A stretch of DNA of 64,000 nucleotides from Octopus vulgaris (lineage: Eukaryota): NCBI GenBank assembly GCA_951406725.2, contig OX597833.1:43214001-43278000 (forward strand). Reading direction: 5' to 3'. Position numbers and translations under genes: made by a program. The notes under the pieces were generated by a model, which worked only from the letters and a program-made list of their open reading frames with translations, was not told the origin of the DNA and did no database searches. Below are positions 12,490 through 27,039 of this stretch, one piece after another; positions within the stretch are counted from its first letter, which is position 1; the number at the start of each line of letters is the position of its first letter.

Positions 12490-14100
12490 TGATTCTAACT
12501 TGTGCTATTGCTTGATATACAATGCTTTGATAACTGACTTTTACGCTCCATTGACCAGATTTTGCAGTTGATTTCATCACAAGAAACAGAACTGGGTTGG
12601 TGACAAACAATTTCAACTGGTTAAAATCTGTTAATGTTTTGCAAAATAAGGGATATTGCAACATAAAATTTTAATATGATTTTCGTTAAATATTTTTTTT
12701 CATACATACGTTGAGTATGGAAATGTTTATTTAATATAAGAAATTTTTAATGTGATGTAACTACGACTACATTGCAACCGGTGTGCGTTTATTTCAGAGT
12801 TGTTTTCTAACCTGTGTATTGTTTTTATCAGTAATCATATTTTTGAGGAATTCTGAAGATAATAAAAATGCCGATTTCTAAAGTTTTCCTCTCTATTTTT
12901 GTTTCGTATTGTGTGGTGATAAGTATTGCAGTTGTTCCTCGACATAAGTGCATGGGGAACCGGTAGTTGAAAGTCGTATATGTACAGCTAATACAATATT
13001 TAAGGCCATGAAGGCAGCGAGCAGGCAGAAACGTTAGCACGCCGGGCGAAATGCTTAGCGTTATTTCGACCGCCACTGCGTTCTGAGTTCAAATTCCGCC
13101 GAGGTCGACTTTGCCTTTCATCCTTTCGGGGTCGATAAATTAAGTACCAGTTTCGTACTGGAGTCGATCTAATCGACTGGCACCCTCCGCCAAAATTTCA
13201 GGCCTTGTGCCTAGAGTAGCAAAGAATATTTAAGGCCCTGAAGTTTACAGCTAATACGTCTGTAATCGAATCTCCGTCTGCCTTAATTAGCATGTTATTG
13301 ATAAAAAACGTATTTAATTTTAGTGCTGTAGCATATAATTTTTGTTAACTTATCGTTTTTTATAAATATTTTATGCTCCTCATTTTTTCTATAGTTAGTA
13401 TGCATTTGATTCATACAACGCATTCCGTGTGACTTGTGTAATTCTAATACTTATGATGACCAACGTATTCACTGTAGCGTCGTTTCTTCTTACGTTGTTC
13501 TGTTACTTCAAATTTCGTTTGTTAGAATACTCATTGCTGACAACCGTTTGTAGTATTTTATAACTTCCAGATGCACAAAGATTACATATAACTTTTAATT
13601 TCCATAGTAGACCTAGTTAAGGATAATACGTATAGTATATGTCACGTCATCTGTTCTTAAATTCTATATGAATTTCACTAACGCTGTGTAACTATATTTT
13701 ATAATTCTCGTTACATATGGTAATAACATCTAAATTTGTTGTTGACTAGTATTTGCATTATTCCGTGTATTTCTTTATTTCATACTCCGTTTGTGGACTA
13801 TAAGTTAAATTCTCTTCTAAATATGGGTTTCGATACTAACATATTTTATCTGTATGATCATTCACTATCTCAGTGTAAGTACATGCATGTATTTATATCA
13901 TTGGTATAAACTGACGTGATACGTTTGTTTTGTCGTTCTAAATATTTGTCTCAGAATGGAATTGCAATGTGCTTTCTGAATGTCGAATTTCAGCACGGAC
14001 TGTTTTCTAGTTTTGTCTTTACTTTTTGGACACACACTTTGTGTCCATTAAGACAGGTATATTATCTACATACCTGGTATTATTCGTATGTTTGACATTA
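12490..14100 (-). pseudogene. Possible very decayed Penelope-like RT/GIY-YIG ORF
   Basis: Scattered minus-strand peptides such as VLKFDIQK and SCSCDEINC...QSIVYQA resemble Penelope-like RT and the Cys-linker/GIY motif. A SINE interrupts the region. Confidence 0.35.
13012..13224 (+). mobile_element. SINE family B with TSD
   Basis: Same head and core as the 6672 copy. TSD AATATTTAAGGCC(A/C)TGAAG at 12995-13013 and 13225-13243. Confidence 0.9.
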
Positions 14101-14839
14101 CTTTCCTTTTTTATTGTAGCTCGCAGCTCCCAGAGGAGGCCCCATGGCTACTCAGTTTTTTCTTCATAGAATTTCTATCGTTTATTCGGGCGGTGGGGTG
14201 GATTTAGTGTCTATGACCAGTTACATGGCCTGATAGCAGATGAGGGTGGAAAGGAGGGAAGGTTTTATCTTGAAACAAGATTCTTGGCCCGAATGCTTTC
14301 ATCGAAGTAGACTTCATTAATGATTCACAAGATAAACCGGGCAATGGATTAAATCAATCACTCCAATAGGCTACAGCGGAATTTGAACTCAGAACACAGA
14401 GCCAAACTAAAATACCAGATGGTGCCCAGTCTGACATTTTTACAGCTCCTGCAATTCAACATAATGGATTGGTACATTTTTTTTTATCGATGCCCAAAAG
14501 AATAAAAGATCAAGTTAAATTCGGACGACTTTGCTTCGTGGACATTGAAAGAGAACTGCTGTTCCCTACTACACCTATGTTTTATTCAGTATGTTCAGCT
14601 GGAATCGTAGATGTTTTCTTTCGTAAGTGTTTGTATACAATATCTAATATGATTTCTTTTCTTTCTGCCTCTAGAACTTTAATAAATTCACTGCCTACCT
14701 CTAAAGTGGAAGTGTTGCTTACTTCGTCGGTTTTTCTAATGCCTTCAGAAATACTGAGCGTCAAAACCCTCCGAGAGTCTTTGATAAAAAAAATTCTTTA
14801 ATAACATTATACTTATGTTCCATTCGTATACCATCATCA

Positions 14840-14895
<56 letters not shown>

Positions 14896-15454
14896 GAGTG
14901 AGAGAGCAGTGCATGCCATCAAAGTGACATTGGGGTAAAATATACGAAGCCCAGTATACCCATCATGACTACCCGTCTGATAAGGGTACATTAGGCACAT
15001 ACATTACAACCATGTGTGCGCGACATGGCGATCTCATAGCAAGATAAACAGCACATGACTTTGCAGGTGGGGCCCAGTTAGAATTTTCTTCTGGTCGAGT
15101 AACCCATCCCGCTCAAAAGGCCCCTGAATAAGGGTTGTTTAAGGATGTTGAACGAACCACCCATGTTTCCAGAGGTGAATTATTCAAACCCCAAAGAATC
15201 CCTCTCATCACATGGCTATGATGCTCCCCCACTACTTCTGCTTGTGATCAGCGATGCACATATCATCAACCACTAAGGAACATGGTCAACTGGTTATGGT
15301 CAACTAACTGACAAGCAAAATCTGTGGTATTGAACAGAATATTTGCTGTAGCGCATCTTTTACACCAAGACAAAAATAATGCACATGATAACACTTCCAA
15401 TCAGTTAAGATCAGAAGCCATGAGAGCCACTGCCTGGTACTGTATCAGGGCATC
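14896..15454 (-). mobile_element. About 560-bp non-coding interspersed element inserted in (TTA)n
   Basis: Collinear second copy at 34307-34848. Both are flanked by trinucleotide arrays. Confidence 0.85.
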
Positions 15455-15457
15455 TAT

Positions 15458-16030
<573 letters not shown>

Positions 16031-16277
16031 TAAATTTCTATTTCTAAAAGTTAAGTTAACTTCTGATCTTGTTTTCTTTCCATGGCATTTCTGAATATCT
16101 AAAAGTATCTGGTTATTTTTGACCCTTCTCCGCTTTTCATCTTACTCATTTCTTCGCTCTTTTAGCATTAGTTCAATGATTGGTTAGAACCTTCTTAAGT
16201 TACAGTTCTTATTCGGTAAAAACACGAAAAACATATACATCTACTTTGTCTTATATTTTATATATATATGGGTGTGT

Positions 16278-16315
<38 letters not shown>

Positions 16316-16359
16316 GAGTTTACAGACACGCACACACATATATTTATATACATAAACAT

Positions 16360-16486
<127 letters not shown>

Positions 16487-16562
16487 CGTTTGTGATGTAT
16501 AAATCTGTGTTTGCGTTCATGAGTGTGTGCGTGTGTGCGTGTGTGTGTGTGTTTCTTTTCGC

Positions 16563-16595
<33 letters not shown>

Positions 16596-16793
16596 CATTT
16601 TTCAGGTGAATGGTTATTTGTTCAAGGAAACACGCAGTCAAACAGACACACAGACACACAAGCACACACACAGATACGCGATCGCGAACACACACGTCTG
16701 AAATAGGTCCAAGTATACATATACATATGCACATTTATATGCGTGTGCTATCGATCAATCTCTCTCTTTCTCAGTGTGTGCCTTTTCCACGTG

Positions 16794-16836
<43 letters not shown>

Positions 16837-17414
16837 TTATACATTTATATATGCCTATACAGATATGTGTGTGTATCTATGTACGTATGTATGTATTTAT
16901 GTGTGTATGTACCTACGTATGTGTGTGTGTATGTATAACACTGTGATTGCATGTATGCGTGAAAGTGTTGGTAGATGTATTACGATTATTCTGGTACCCT
17001 CTTTTCCTTTTTCGTTTTTTTCTTTTTCTTTCGTTGACAGTATATATGTGTGTATATGAGTATATATATATATACATATATGTGCAGTGAGTGTACGTAT
17101 GTTTGTATGTCTGTATGTGTGCATTGTGTGTGTGTATGTGTATGTGTGTATTCGCAAAGCAAAATGGTTGCTATAAAGCTTTGAACTTATCAACTGAGTC
17201 TTACAATAAAATATAAATATTGATTTATTTTCTGTGTATGTACATCTATACATATGTGCACGTGTGTGCACGTGTGTGTATGTGTACGAGTGTGTGTGTG
17301 TGCACATTTGTATGTATGTTTTATTCTTACGTTATATATACCCCGGTGCATATGTGGCTCATATATCTAAATATATATGGTATGATGTCTTCAGAATGTA
17401 TGCTATATATGTAT

Positions 17415-17822
17415 GCAGGAGTGGCTGTGTGGTAAGTAGCTTGCTTACCAGCCACGTTGTTCCAGGTTCAATCCCACTGTGTAGCACCTTGGGCAAGTGT
17501 CTTCTACTATAGCCTCGGGCCGACCAAAGCCTTGTGAGTGGATTTGGTAGACAGAAACTGAAAGAAGCTCGTCGTATATATGTATATGTCTATATATATA
17601 TGTATGTATATTTGTGTGTCTGTGTTTGTCCCCCTCCCCCCAACATCGCTTGACAATCGATGCTGCTGTGTTCACGTCCCTGTAAATTAGTGGTTCGGCA
17701 AAAGAGACGGATAGAATAAGTACTAGGCTTACAAAGACTAAGTCCTGGGATCGATTTGCTCGACTAAAGGCGGTGCTCCAGCATGGCAACTGTTAAATGA
17801 CTGAAACAAGTAAAAGAGTAAA
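17415..17822 (+). mobile_element. SINE family A
   Basis: Full head, internal microsatellite and 3' segment. Confidence 0.92.
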
Positions 17823-17951
17823 ATAGTATATGTATACATGCATATGTATACATATATTCACTCACATATACGCACGCTCACAAATTAAACATACACGCAC
17901 GCACACACTACATACATATATATCTATATAAGTTAATGCACACATACACAT

Positions 17952-18002
<51 letters not shown>

Positions 18003-18365
18003 AACATTTATATATAGAGAGAGAGATACATGCTTGTGTTGTATGTTGTGTGTATGTGTTTATGTGTGTGTGTGTGTGTGTGTTTCTTTTGACTTCCTTT
18101 TGTAAGCAACCCATTTCAGGATGTCTTGTTCTAGCTTTACTAAGAAGTCGAATAAAAAAGTAAGGGATATGTGACGGAGGTGAAAATAAGGGGAGCCGGG
18201 GAAAGAGGGTGATTGAAGCGGTGGATAGGATGGGAAGGTGGGTGGCTCAAAAATGAGGATGGATTGGCAGTGTCAGGAATAAACAGCCGAAATGTGGAAT
18301 GGTGGAAAAGATTAGAGGGAAGTGATCTGAAAAACTGACCCAATGTGTCTACAAAAATTGAGATA

Positions 18366-18765
18366 GGCGCAGGGGTGGCTATGTGGTAAGTAGCTTGCTA
18401 ACCAACCACATGGTTCCGGGTTCAGTCCCACTGCGTGGCATCTTCGGCAAGTGTCTTCTGCTATAGCCCCGGGCCGACCAATGCCTTGTGAGTGGATTTG
18501 GTAGACGGAAACTGAAAGAAGCCTGTCGTATAAGTGTGTGTGTATATGTTTGTGTGTCTGTGTTTGTCCCCCTAGCATTGCTTGACAACCGATGCTGGTG
18601 TGTTTACGTCCCCGTCACTTAGCGGTTCGGCAAAAGAGACCGATAGAATAAGTACTGGGCTTACAAAGAATAAGTCCCGGGGTCGATTTGCTCGACTAAA
18701 GGTGGTGCTCCAGCATGGCCGCAGTCAAATGACTGAAACAAGTAAAAGAGTAAAAGTAAAAGAGT
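18366..18765 (+). mobile_element. SINE family A
   Basis: GGCGCAGGGGTGGCTATGTGGTAAG head and AGTAAAAG tail repeats. Confidence 0.93.
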
Positions 18766-18902
18766 ATAATGGTGTTTAATATGTGTTTATGTATGTGAAC
18801 GTTTACGTGTTGTGTGAGTGTGTGTGTGTGTGCTTGTGTGCTCTATCCGTATGTGTGTATATGCAAGTAGTCTTAGAGAGTGGTATGTGTATATGTGTGT
18901 GA

Positions 18903-18964
<62 letters not shown>

Positions 18965-19193
18965 ATGTATATATGTATATATAAATATATATATATATGT
19001 ATGTATGCATATATGTATGTATGCATGTATGTATGTATATTATATATAAGTTTATGTGTCTATGTATGTGTATATATATATATGTGAATGTGCGTGTACA
19101 TTTGTGTGTGTATAAGTGTGAATATCCATGCATATGGAAGTATGGGAGTTTAGGAGTGTGTACGTATCTTTGTATGTGTGTGTGTGTGGTGTG

Positions 19194-19243
<50 letters not shown>

Positions 19244-19706
19244 CATGCCTCCTCATTGAAATGACTGTCTCAATCGATATAAACGTATCTGTCAAGACCT
19301 ACCAAAAACTGAGCAAATATAAAAATCTTGAAATAGAAACTAGCAAAATGTGGAACCTGAAGACTAAAACAATACCTGTTGTCATAAGTGCCCTGGGAAT
19401 GATAGCAAAAGGGGCTGATTGCTACCTAGCTCAGATACAAGGAAACCCCAAAATGGCAGAAATTCAAATGATAGTGCTCCTGGGAACTGCTCATATCCTA
19501 CGCAAAATACTTTCTATGTGATCTCAAGTTTTAAAACAAACATAATTTTCGTATGGTTTCTTAAACATTCTCTAGAACAACACTATGTACAAAACCAAAT
19601 ATATGACATCCTAGGCATAAGACGAACATGAACTTCCAACTTGTTGTCTCTTGAGGTCTCTGGGTGAGACTTGGAGCCAACTTGTAAAGCAAAAGTCAAA
19701 CATTAA
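19244..19706 (+). mobile_element. Dong/R4-clade non-LTR retrotransposon 3' end (RLE C-terminus plus 3' UTR) in (TAA)n
   Basis: ORF 19261-19521 reads K.SKY..LEIE..KMW...IPVVISALG...LLGTAHILRK, typical of the R4/Dong RLE end. (TAA)n lies on both sides. Confidence 0.85.
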
Positions 19707-19718
19707 ATAATAATAATA

Positions 19719-19866
<148 letters not shown>

Positions 19867-20465
19867 TATGCATGCTTGAGTGCGTCTATACATGCATGTG
19901 TGTACAAGTATGTATTCATATGTGTATATCAATATGTGTGAGAGTGTGTGCGCGTCTATGTCTGAGTATATGTATAAGTTTGTATGTGTGTGTATATGAA
20001 CGTGTGTGATCATTTCTGCAGTCAATGGAAAGCTTAGGCGCCTGACAGGTCGAGTCGGCAAGGATGTTTTACGCTTTCGTTGGAGTCATTCACATTTATC
20101 TCGTTTTCGCTAATACCCCTGGGAAATTGTCGTATAGGCTTCGCGTTTCTCACTTATGTTAAGATATAAAATCGTTGACGTTGATTAACCCCAGTTCTAA
20201 CTGGACAGATCCATGGCCACGACCAGTCCATCCATGACAATCTTCTCTATTTAGATACTGTATCGATTTTGTCCATCTTTTGATTAATGTTCTTTCTTAA
20301 AATGGTATGATAAAATAATTTGACTACTATTTCTAATTCACAGACACACGCACACATTCACACACACACGCGCACACACAGATACGATACATTTACGGAC
20401 ACACTTGCATACACTCAAATACAAGCACATATTCAAATATGCATTTATTTAACATGGGTAAACAA

Positions 20466-20645
20466 AGAGTGGCTGTATGGTAAAAAGATTGTTTCCCAAC
20501 CAAATGGTTCCGGGTTCAGGCCCACTGTGTGGAACGTTGGGCAAATGTTTTTTATTATAGCTTCGGACCGACCAAAGCTGTCTGCATGAATGTAGTAGAC
20601 GAAAACTGAAAGAAGCCCATTTTATACATATCTGTGTGTGTGTGT

Positions 20646-20693
<48 letters not shown>

Positions 20694-20908
20694 CTTTGTG
20701 TTTGTGTTTGTCTCCTACCCTCGCTTGGCAACCTGTGTTGGCGTGTCTACGTCCCCGTTACTTAATGGTTCGTCAAAAGAAACCGATAGAATAAGTACGA
20801 AGCTTTAAAAGAACGTACCGGTGTTATTTCATTACACTAAAAATACTTCAAGGTGGTACCCCAGCATGGCCACAGTATAATGACTGAGACAAGTAAAAGA
20901 TAAAAGAG
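20466..20908 (+). mobile_element. SINE family A, diverged
   Basis: Head, (GT)n interior and 3' segment are recognisable. Confidence 0.85.
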
Positions 20909-21544
20909 AACGACATTTTATTTACACGTGTTAAATTTCATATTAAAGTGTCACACAAGATACCCAACGGTATTCTGAATCACCCCTTTACGTTTAGAAT
21001 GTATTTCCCTTTGATTGTTTGTGAAGCAACCGATATAACTCTTAATAAACAAGATATGGTTGTGTCACAATATGATCACTGTCTCAAAACTGAAACCGGT
21101 AAAAAATACTTATATACACATACACACACACACACGTACGCACGCACTCACGTATGCATACACATGCCTCCGGCGCTATTGAACAGTTTATATGCATTGA
21201 GTACGACACACACATATTGCTGATTCAAGCTAATATAGCTTCAGTCACACATTTTTATTCAGCTTGCCAGCTAATTGCGATATCAGGAATTTGTCAATCA
21301 CTGTTTTTCTTTCACAAAACCGACGGATTTTGTCTAACATTCGGTTACTAGTGGCTACTTATTACTGACACAGTCCAAAGAGGTAGAAATATGCGTTTAG
21401 CAATGTCATCACCGGTGGCTATTGATATATGTCTTTGCTTTTTTAACACTACATCTATAAGAAATCCTCTCTCAGAACGAATACCACAGTTAAGAGATAA
21501 GCAGGCTTTCAACGATGTATCTTCTCTAAGTATGCCACAAATCC

Positions 21545-21632
<88 letters not shown>

Positions 21633-21739
21633 GTGTTTTTTGCGTGTACACATGAATATATATATATATATGTATGCATGTATGTATGTATATTCTCTTA
21701 TTCCCTTATATGTTTCAGTCCAATGACTGTGACCATATG

Positions 21740-21781
<42 letters not shown>

Positions 21782-21785
<4 letters not shown>

Positions 21786-21984
21786 AAATGGGACAGGAAT
21801 GCAAAACATCCGGACAACTAGGTGATACAAAAAGGGACAACAAAACATCCAGATAGACGATACAAAAAACAAGGACGGGTCATTCGAAGCTTTCTATCCT
21901 CCGTCAAGAACCGATCATCTTCGCAATTTCGGCTGATTAATCTTGAGATTGCTCCAATCTGGGCCAGCCCCAAGGAAAAACTAA

Positions 21985-21988
<4 letters not shown>
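21782..21988 (-). mobile_element. About 205-bp element embedded in (TA)n, Penelope-like tail?
   Basis: (TA)n on both sides, internal direct repeats (TACAAAA.GGGACA..CAAAACATCC), and a minus-strand GGCTG...CAGCCGAAA stem. Confidence 0.5.
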
Positions 21989-22042
<54 letters not shown>

Positions 22043-22542
22043 GCATATTTGCAAACATGCGCGTTCAGACACACAAAGGAAAGATAGATTTCGAAGTTAT
22101 ATTCGAACGTGGCTTTGTCAAATTATTTGACGTAGACACATTTAGTGAAACTTCGAAAATGTTTTCCTAATGTCAATGTTTACCTAATAGAAAATCATTT
22201 GATACACTGTGTCAATGCTGTGAGTAATAGTGTGATCTTTCAATAAATGTATTTCTTTTATGTGAGATAATGCATGAAAAACAAACATTAATATACGTTA
22301 TGACACCGTAATGAATACTTAGCAGCATTTTCTCCGACCTTACGTTTTGAGTTCAGCTGTCGACTTTGCCTATCCTTTCGGAGTTGTCGGCAGAAGTTAT
22401 GAAGTGATCATAGAGCCAACAGTTTTGAGCTCTGGCACTTAACTAACACTTGATAAATACCAATGGCCGAAACTCACGACCCTTGAGTCACTGTGCAACT
22501 CCTACCCTTTCAGCATAACGTTCACACAAAGATCTATGTGCA

Positions 22543-22942
<400 letters not shown>

Positions 22943-23359
22943 CCATTTTGTAATGACGTACATATCTTCTTTTCAATGAGACACCTGCTTTTCAAAAGTG
23001 GTAATAATTTAATTTCCATCACTCAGCGCATTAACTTCAGTTGAAATAGAAGTAGAAACATTTGCTGTAATATCACTCGTACTTCGCCGTTAAGTGGTCT
23101 GTTTTCTATTTAAAAGTAACGGCAAATTTATTTAAAACTATATATGTATCTTATCGTTTTGCTGTTTATTTGATGATCTTATGTTCATCATTTTATCATA
23201 ATTATTATATTGCAATACTCTTACATTTTACTTTGAAGCATTCTGAGTAGGGTACTTAATAGTTACACACACAGACGCACACACATACACACACACACAT
23301 ACACATACCCATACACACATTCATACACGTACACACTCACACACACATATGTATATATA

Positions 23360-24231
23360 TGTGGGCGTTCAATAAGTAATGCCCCTGACCCACTTCCCAT
23401 AGCAGTAGAGCAACGAAACTTGGCACAGGTATTAGTCTTTTTCAGCATAGGAACAACCCAGAGTTACGCATTTCTCCCATCGTTTGATACAGCTCTGGAT
23501 ACCGTTTTCATAGAAGACCCCAGCTTGGTCCTCCAACCACGACGTGACTTCAGAAATCAAGGCTGCATCATCTGGGAAACGCTTTCCTTTCAAAAACAAC
23601 TTCATGGCTGGGAAGAGGTGAAAATCAGAGGGTGTAAGGTCAGGAGAGTAGGGGGATGGGGGAAGTGTTCATAGCCGCACGCCTGTGCTTCTGATCTGGC
23701 GACACGCGAGTTGTGGACCGGAGGAGGATGCCTTTGCTGATCTTGCCCCGCCTCTTGGTTTTGATAGCTTCTCTTAATTTCCTCAAAAGTGAAGCATGAT
23801 AGGCTCCTGTAATTGTGGTACCCTTTGCCAGGAAATCTGTCATCACTACTCCGTCCTGGTCCCAGAAGACTGTGAGCATGACCTTGCCAGCGGAGGGCTG
23901 CACCCTTGCCTTCTTTGGAGGAGGTGAGTCATGGTGCTTCCACTGCATTCACTGGGCTTTGGTCTCTGGATCATGGTGAAGGACCCAGGTCTCATCCTGT
24001 GTAATCAGTCTTTTGAAAAATTTTGACTCATCTTCTTGGCACATCCCTAAATTCATCCTCGAGCACTCGACGCGTTCTTGCTTCAGGAAAAGTGTGAGCA
24101 ACCTGGGAATCCATCTGGCAGACACCTTTTGCATATGCAAATGGTCATGAATGATAGTTTCCACAGACCCGGTACTAATCTTGACCTCATGGGCTATTTG
24201 GCGAATAGTTATGCGTCGATCTTCCAAAATG
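23360..24231 (-). mobile_element. Mariner (irritans-like), 5'-truncated copy
   Basis: TIR GGGCGTTCAATAAGTAATGCCCCTGACCCAC. Motifs WIPRLL, ITQDETW and SAGKVMLTVFWD. Near-identical to 28100-29375. Confidence 0.92.
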
Positions 24232-24267
24232 CATATACAGTGTATGTATATATATATATACACATAT

Positions 24268-24427
24268 ATTGAGTTGTCCGGAAAGTTCTTGCCGATTTTT
24301 AAAGGAAAGACAAAGGTCAATAAATACTTGCCATTACATTTTTTATCGACCAAATATGAACCATTTTGTTGCACAATGCGTTTCCATCTTTTCATCAACT
24401 TGAAAATACCCTCTTCCCAGAATTGTC
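24268..24427 (-). mobile_element. Mariner 3' end fragment of another family
   Basis: TA|TTGAGTTGTCCGGAAAGTTC TIR-like end. Minus-strand peptide FWEEGIFKLMKRWKRIVQQNGSYL. Confidence 0.75.
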
Positions 24428-24565
24428 TACAACGGCTATATAGTAAAGCAAAACAGCATCGAGAAAGAACAGTTTTGCGAAAGCAAAAATTATTACTTTA
24501 TTCATATATATTATATATATTATATATATTATATATTATATATTATATATTATATATATATATGT

Positions 24566-24810
24566 AAAATATAAAATATAAATTAGAGATAAATGATCAT
24601 TCATTTCTATACTTTTTGAGATCTAGTTATATGTTTTATATAAATATATATTATTTGTTATTTATGTTTTGGTTTATGTCTATCACTGTTTGAGTTGCAT
24701 AATAGTAGTTTTATCTCCAATTTATATTTTATATTTATATATATATATTGTGAAATTGGATTTAATACTAAATTGAATTTTTCCCTGTAAGTTTGGAATT
24801 ATACTCCCTA
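24566..24810 (+). mobile_element. Short inverted arms plus tail element between microsatellites
   Basis: AAATATAAAATATAAATTAGAGATAAA (24567-24593) pairs with 24710-24736. The tail is shared with 12045-12128. Confidence 0.55.
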
Positions 24811-24820
24811 TTATTATTAA

Positions 24821-24869
<49 letters not shown>

Positions 24870-25149
24870 AATATATATCAATGGAAATGATAGGATGAAA
24901 GGATAAAGGAATGAGGTGTAAGTACCGTATGATTATAGTTAGCAGCTCTTTTTGCCCCACTGACATAAGCCATAAAACACTCCAATACATCTGCTCACAC
25001 TACACACACACACACACACATACATACATACAAACACACACACACACACATACAAACGCACACACAAGCATACACACACACGCAAATACACAAACACATA
25101 TAATGCATACATGCATATACATGTTTATGTGTGTATGTGTGTATATATA

Positions 25150-25409
25150 TAAATTAATATGTTACCATTATTCAATAGCCAAGATAAAACTCTGAGTTTC
25201 GGATGCCGAAGTGGAAATCCACCACACCATCTCTTCCCGAAAAAGATAACCGAAGAGATGGTGTTGTGGATTTCCACTTCGGCATCCGAAACTCAGAGTT
25301 TTATCTTGGCTATTGTATAATGGTAACATATTAATTTACTGATAAATTTCCTCTATTTACATAATATTGAGATTTCTTACTTTCTTTTGTTATCTTACCG
25401 TTTTTACCA

Positions 25410-25410
<1 letters not shown>
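25150..25410 (+). mobile_element. Hairpin-plus-tail element (Penelope-like pLTR) with hammerhead-like motif
   Basis: 87-bp arms (25150-25236 / 25252-25338) with 2 mismatches and a 15-nt loop, then a unique tail and (TA)n. Contains CCGAAGA-GATG...CATC-CGAAAC. Confidence 0.7.
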
Positions 25411-25472
<62 letters not shown>

Positions 25473-25600
25473 TAAAAAGATAGATATTCACTGTTGTCAC
25501 CACAGAAGAAATATACACTACATAGAAAATATTCATGGTAAACTTTCCACCCCATACTCCATCAGGGTTTATTGTGACGTTTACACAAACACTTACTTAC

Positions 25601-25636
<36 letters not shown>

Positions 25637-25693
25637 GAACACATATATATGTAGGCATGTATGTGTATGTATATGTATATGTATGTGGGTGAG

Positions 25694-26015
25694 GGCGCGT
25701 GGCTTAGTGGTTAGGGCATTCGGCTCATGATCGTAAGGTTGTGAGTTCGATTCCCGGCGACGCGTTGTGTCCTTGAGCAAGACACTTTATTTCACGTTGC
25801 TCCAGTCCACTCAGCTGGCAAAAATGAGTTGTACTTGTATTTCAAAGGGTCAGCCTTGTCACTCTCTGTGTCACGTTGATTATCCCCGAGAACTACGTTA
25901 AGGGTACACGTGTCTGTGGAATGCTCAGCCATTTGCACGTTAATTTCACGAGCAAGCTGTTCCGTTGATCGTATCAGCTGGGACCCTCGTCGTCGTAACC
26001 GGCGGAGTCTTTTTT
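25694..26015 (+). mobile_element. SINE family C (tail type 1)
   Basis: A-box TGGCTTAGTGG, B-box GAGTTCGATTCCC and GTGTCCTTGAGCAAGACAC core. Confidence 0.9.
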
Positions 26016-26287
26016 AAATATGTATGTGATCGTGTGTGTATACATGCATACATACATACGTACCTACATATACATATGTATGTATCTTGATTATTGCTTT
26101 TCACATGGATGAATATACTTTGTTCTTAATGAAAAAGTCAAGAAACCACCACCATTTAGCTAGGAAGAAAGTGTAGTTTTTTTACACGTTTCGGGAAAAA
26201 CGAAGGTTACAGACCTAAATATACCCGCAATTATGAAATCAAGCATTACAATTTCCATAAGGTAAGGGGGCCATGTGTGTGTGTGTA

Positions 26288-26335
<48 letters not shown>

Positions 26336-26887
26336 TGTGTTTGTATGATTATGAGAAGACACACTGCTGCTTACTTACCAACCATCCAATTTCTAAATTG
26401 AATATTTTATGTTTCCCTTAACATTCAAAGATTTCAAATACGCTTACATTCAGCCGTATCATTCTCGCCAAACCTCTGACACGTATACCAACACGCGGTT
26501 AACTTTGAAGAAAAAACAAAGTCTCCCACCAATATCATATTATATACAAAAATCATCTATAAGCTTTTCCCCAAAAAACCTAAAATACATGTGACACTCA
26601 GATAAAAGGATTATTAACGACATAAAAATACTTCAACATTCAGCTCTAAAAAAAAATATCCCACCCCAGACCTGTATGATGCATCGTTTATAATACACCG
26701 CTCTTTCTATATATATTTTTTCTTCTGCATATTTATCAGTTCCTAGTTTATATAAGAGAATTATAATTTAGTAATTTTACAAATAATTCTATAGTTGAAA
26801 CTATAACATACTGTTCTTTCTCCCTTTCTTGCCGTCTTTTATTTTTTCTCTGCGTGTATATATGTGTATGTATCTGTACGTATATGT

Positions 26888-26952
<65 letters not shown>

Positions 26953-27039
26953 AGTATGCAAGTGTTTGTGTATGTGTCACTATACACTGGATATTAAATT
27001 TGATTTTTTAAAAGGTTTTGATGCGGAAGGAAAAAATTA

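Noticed and set aside
25694-25765. tRNA-like sequence
   Set aside because: It is a SINE head with a dispersed-repeat body and no clean acceptor stem, not a tRNA gene.
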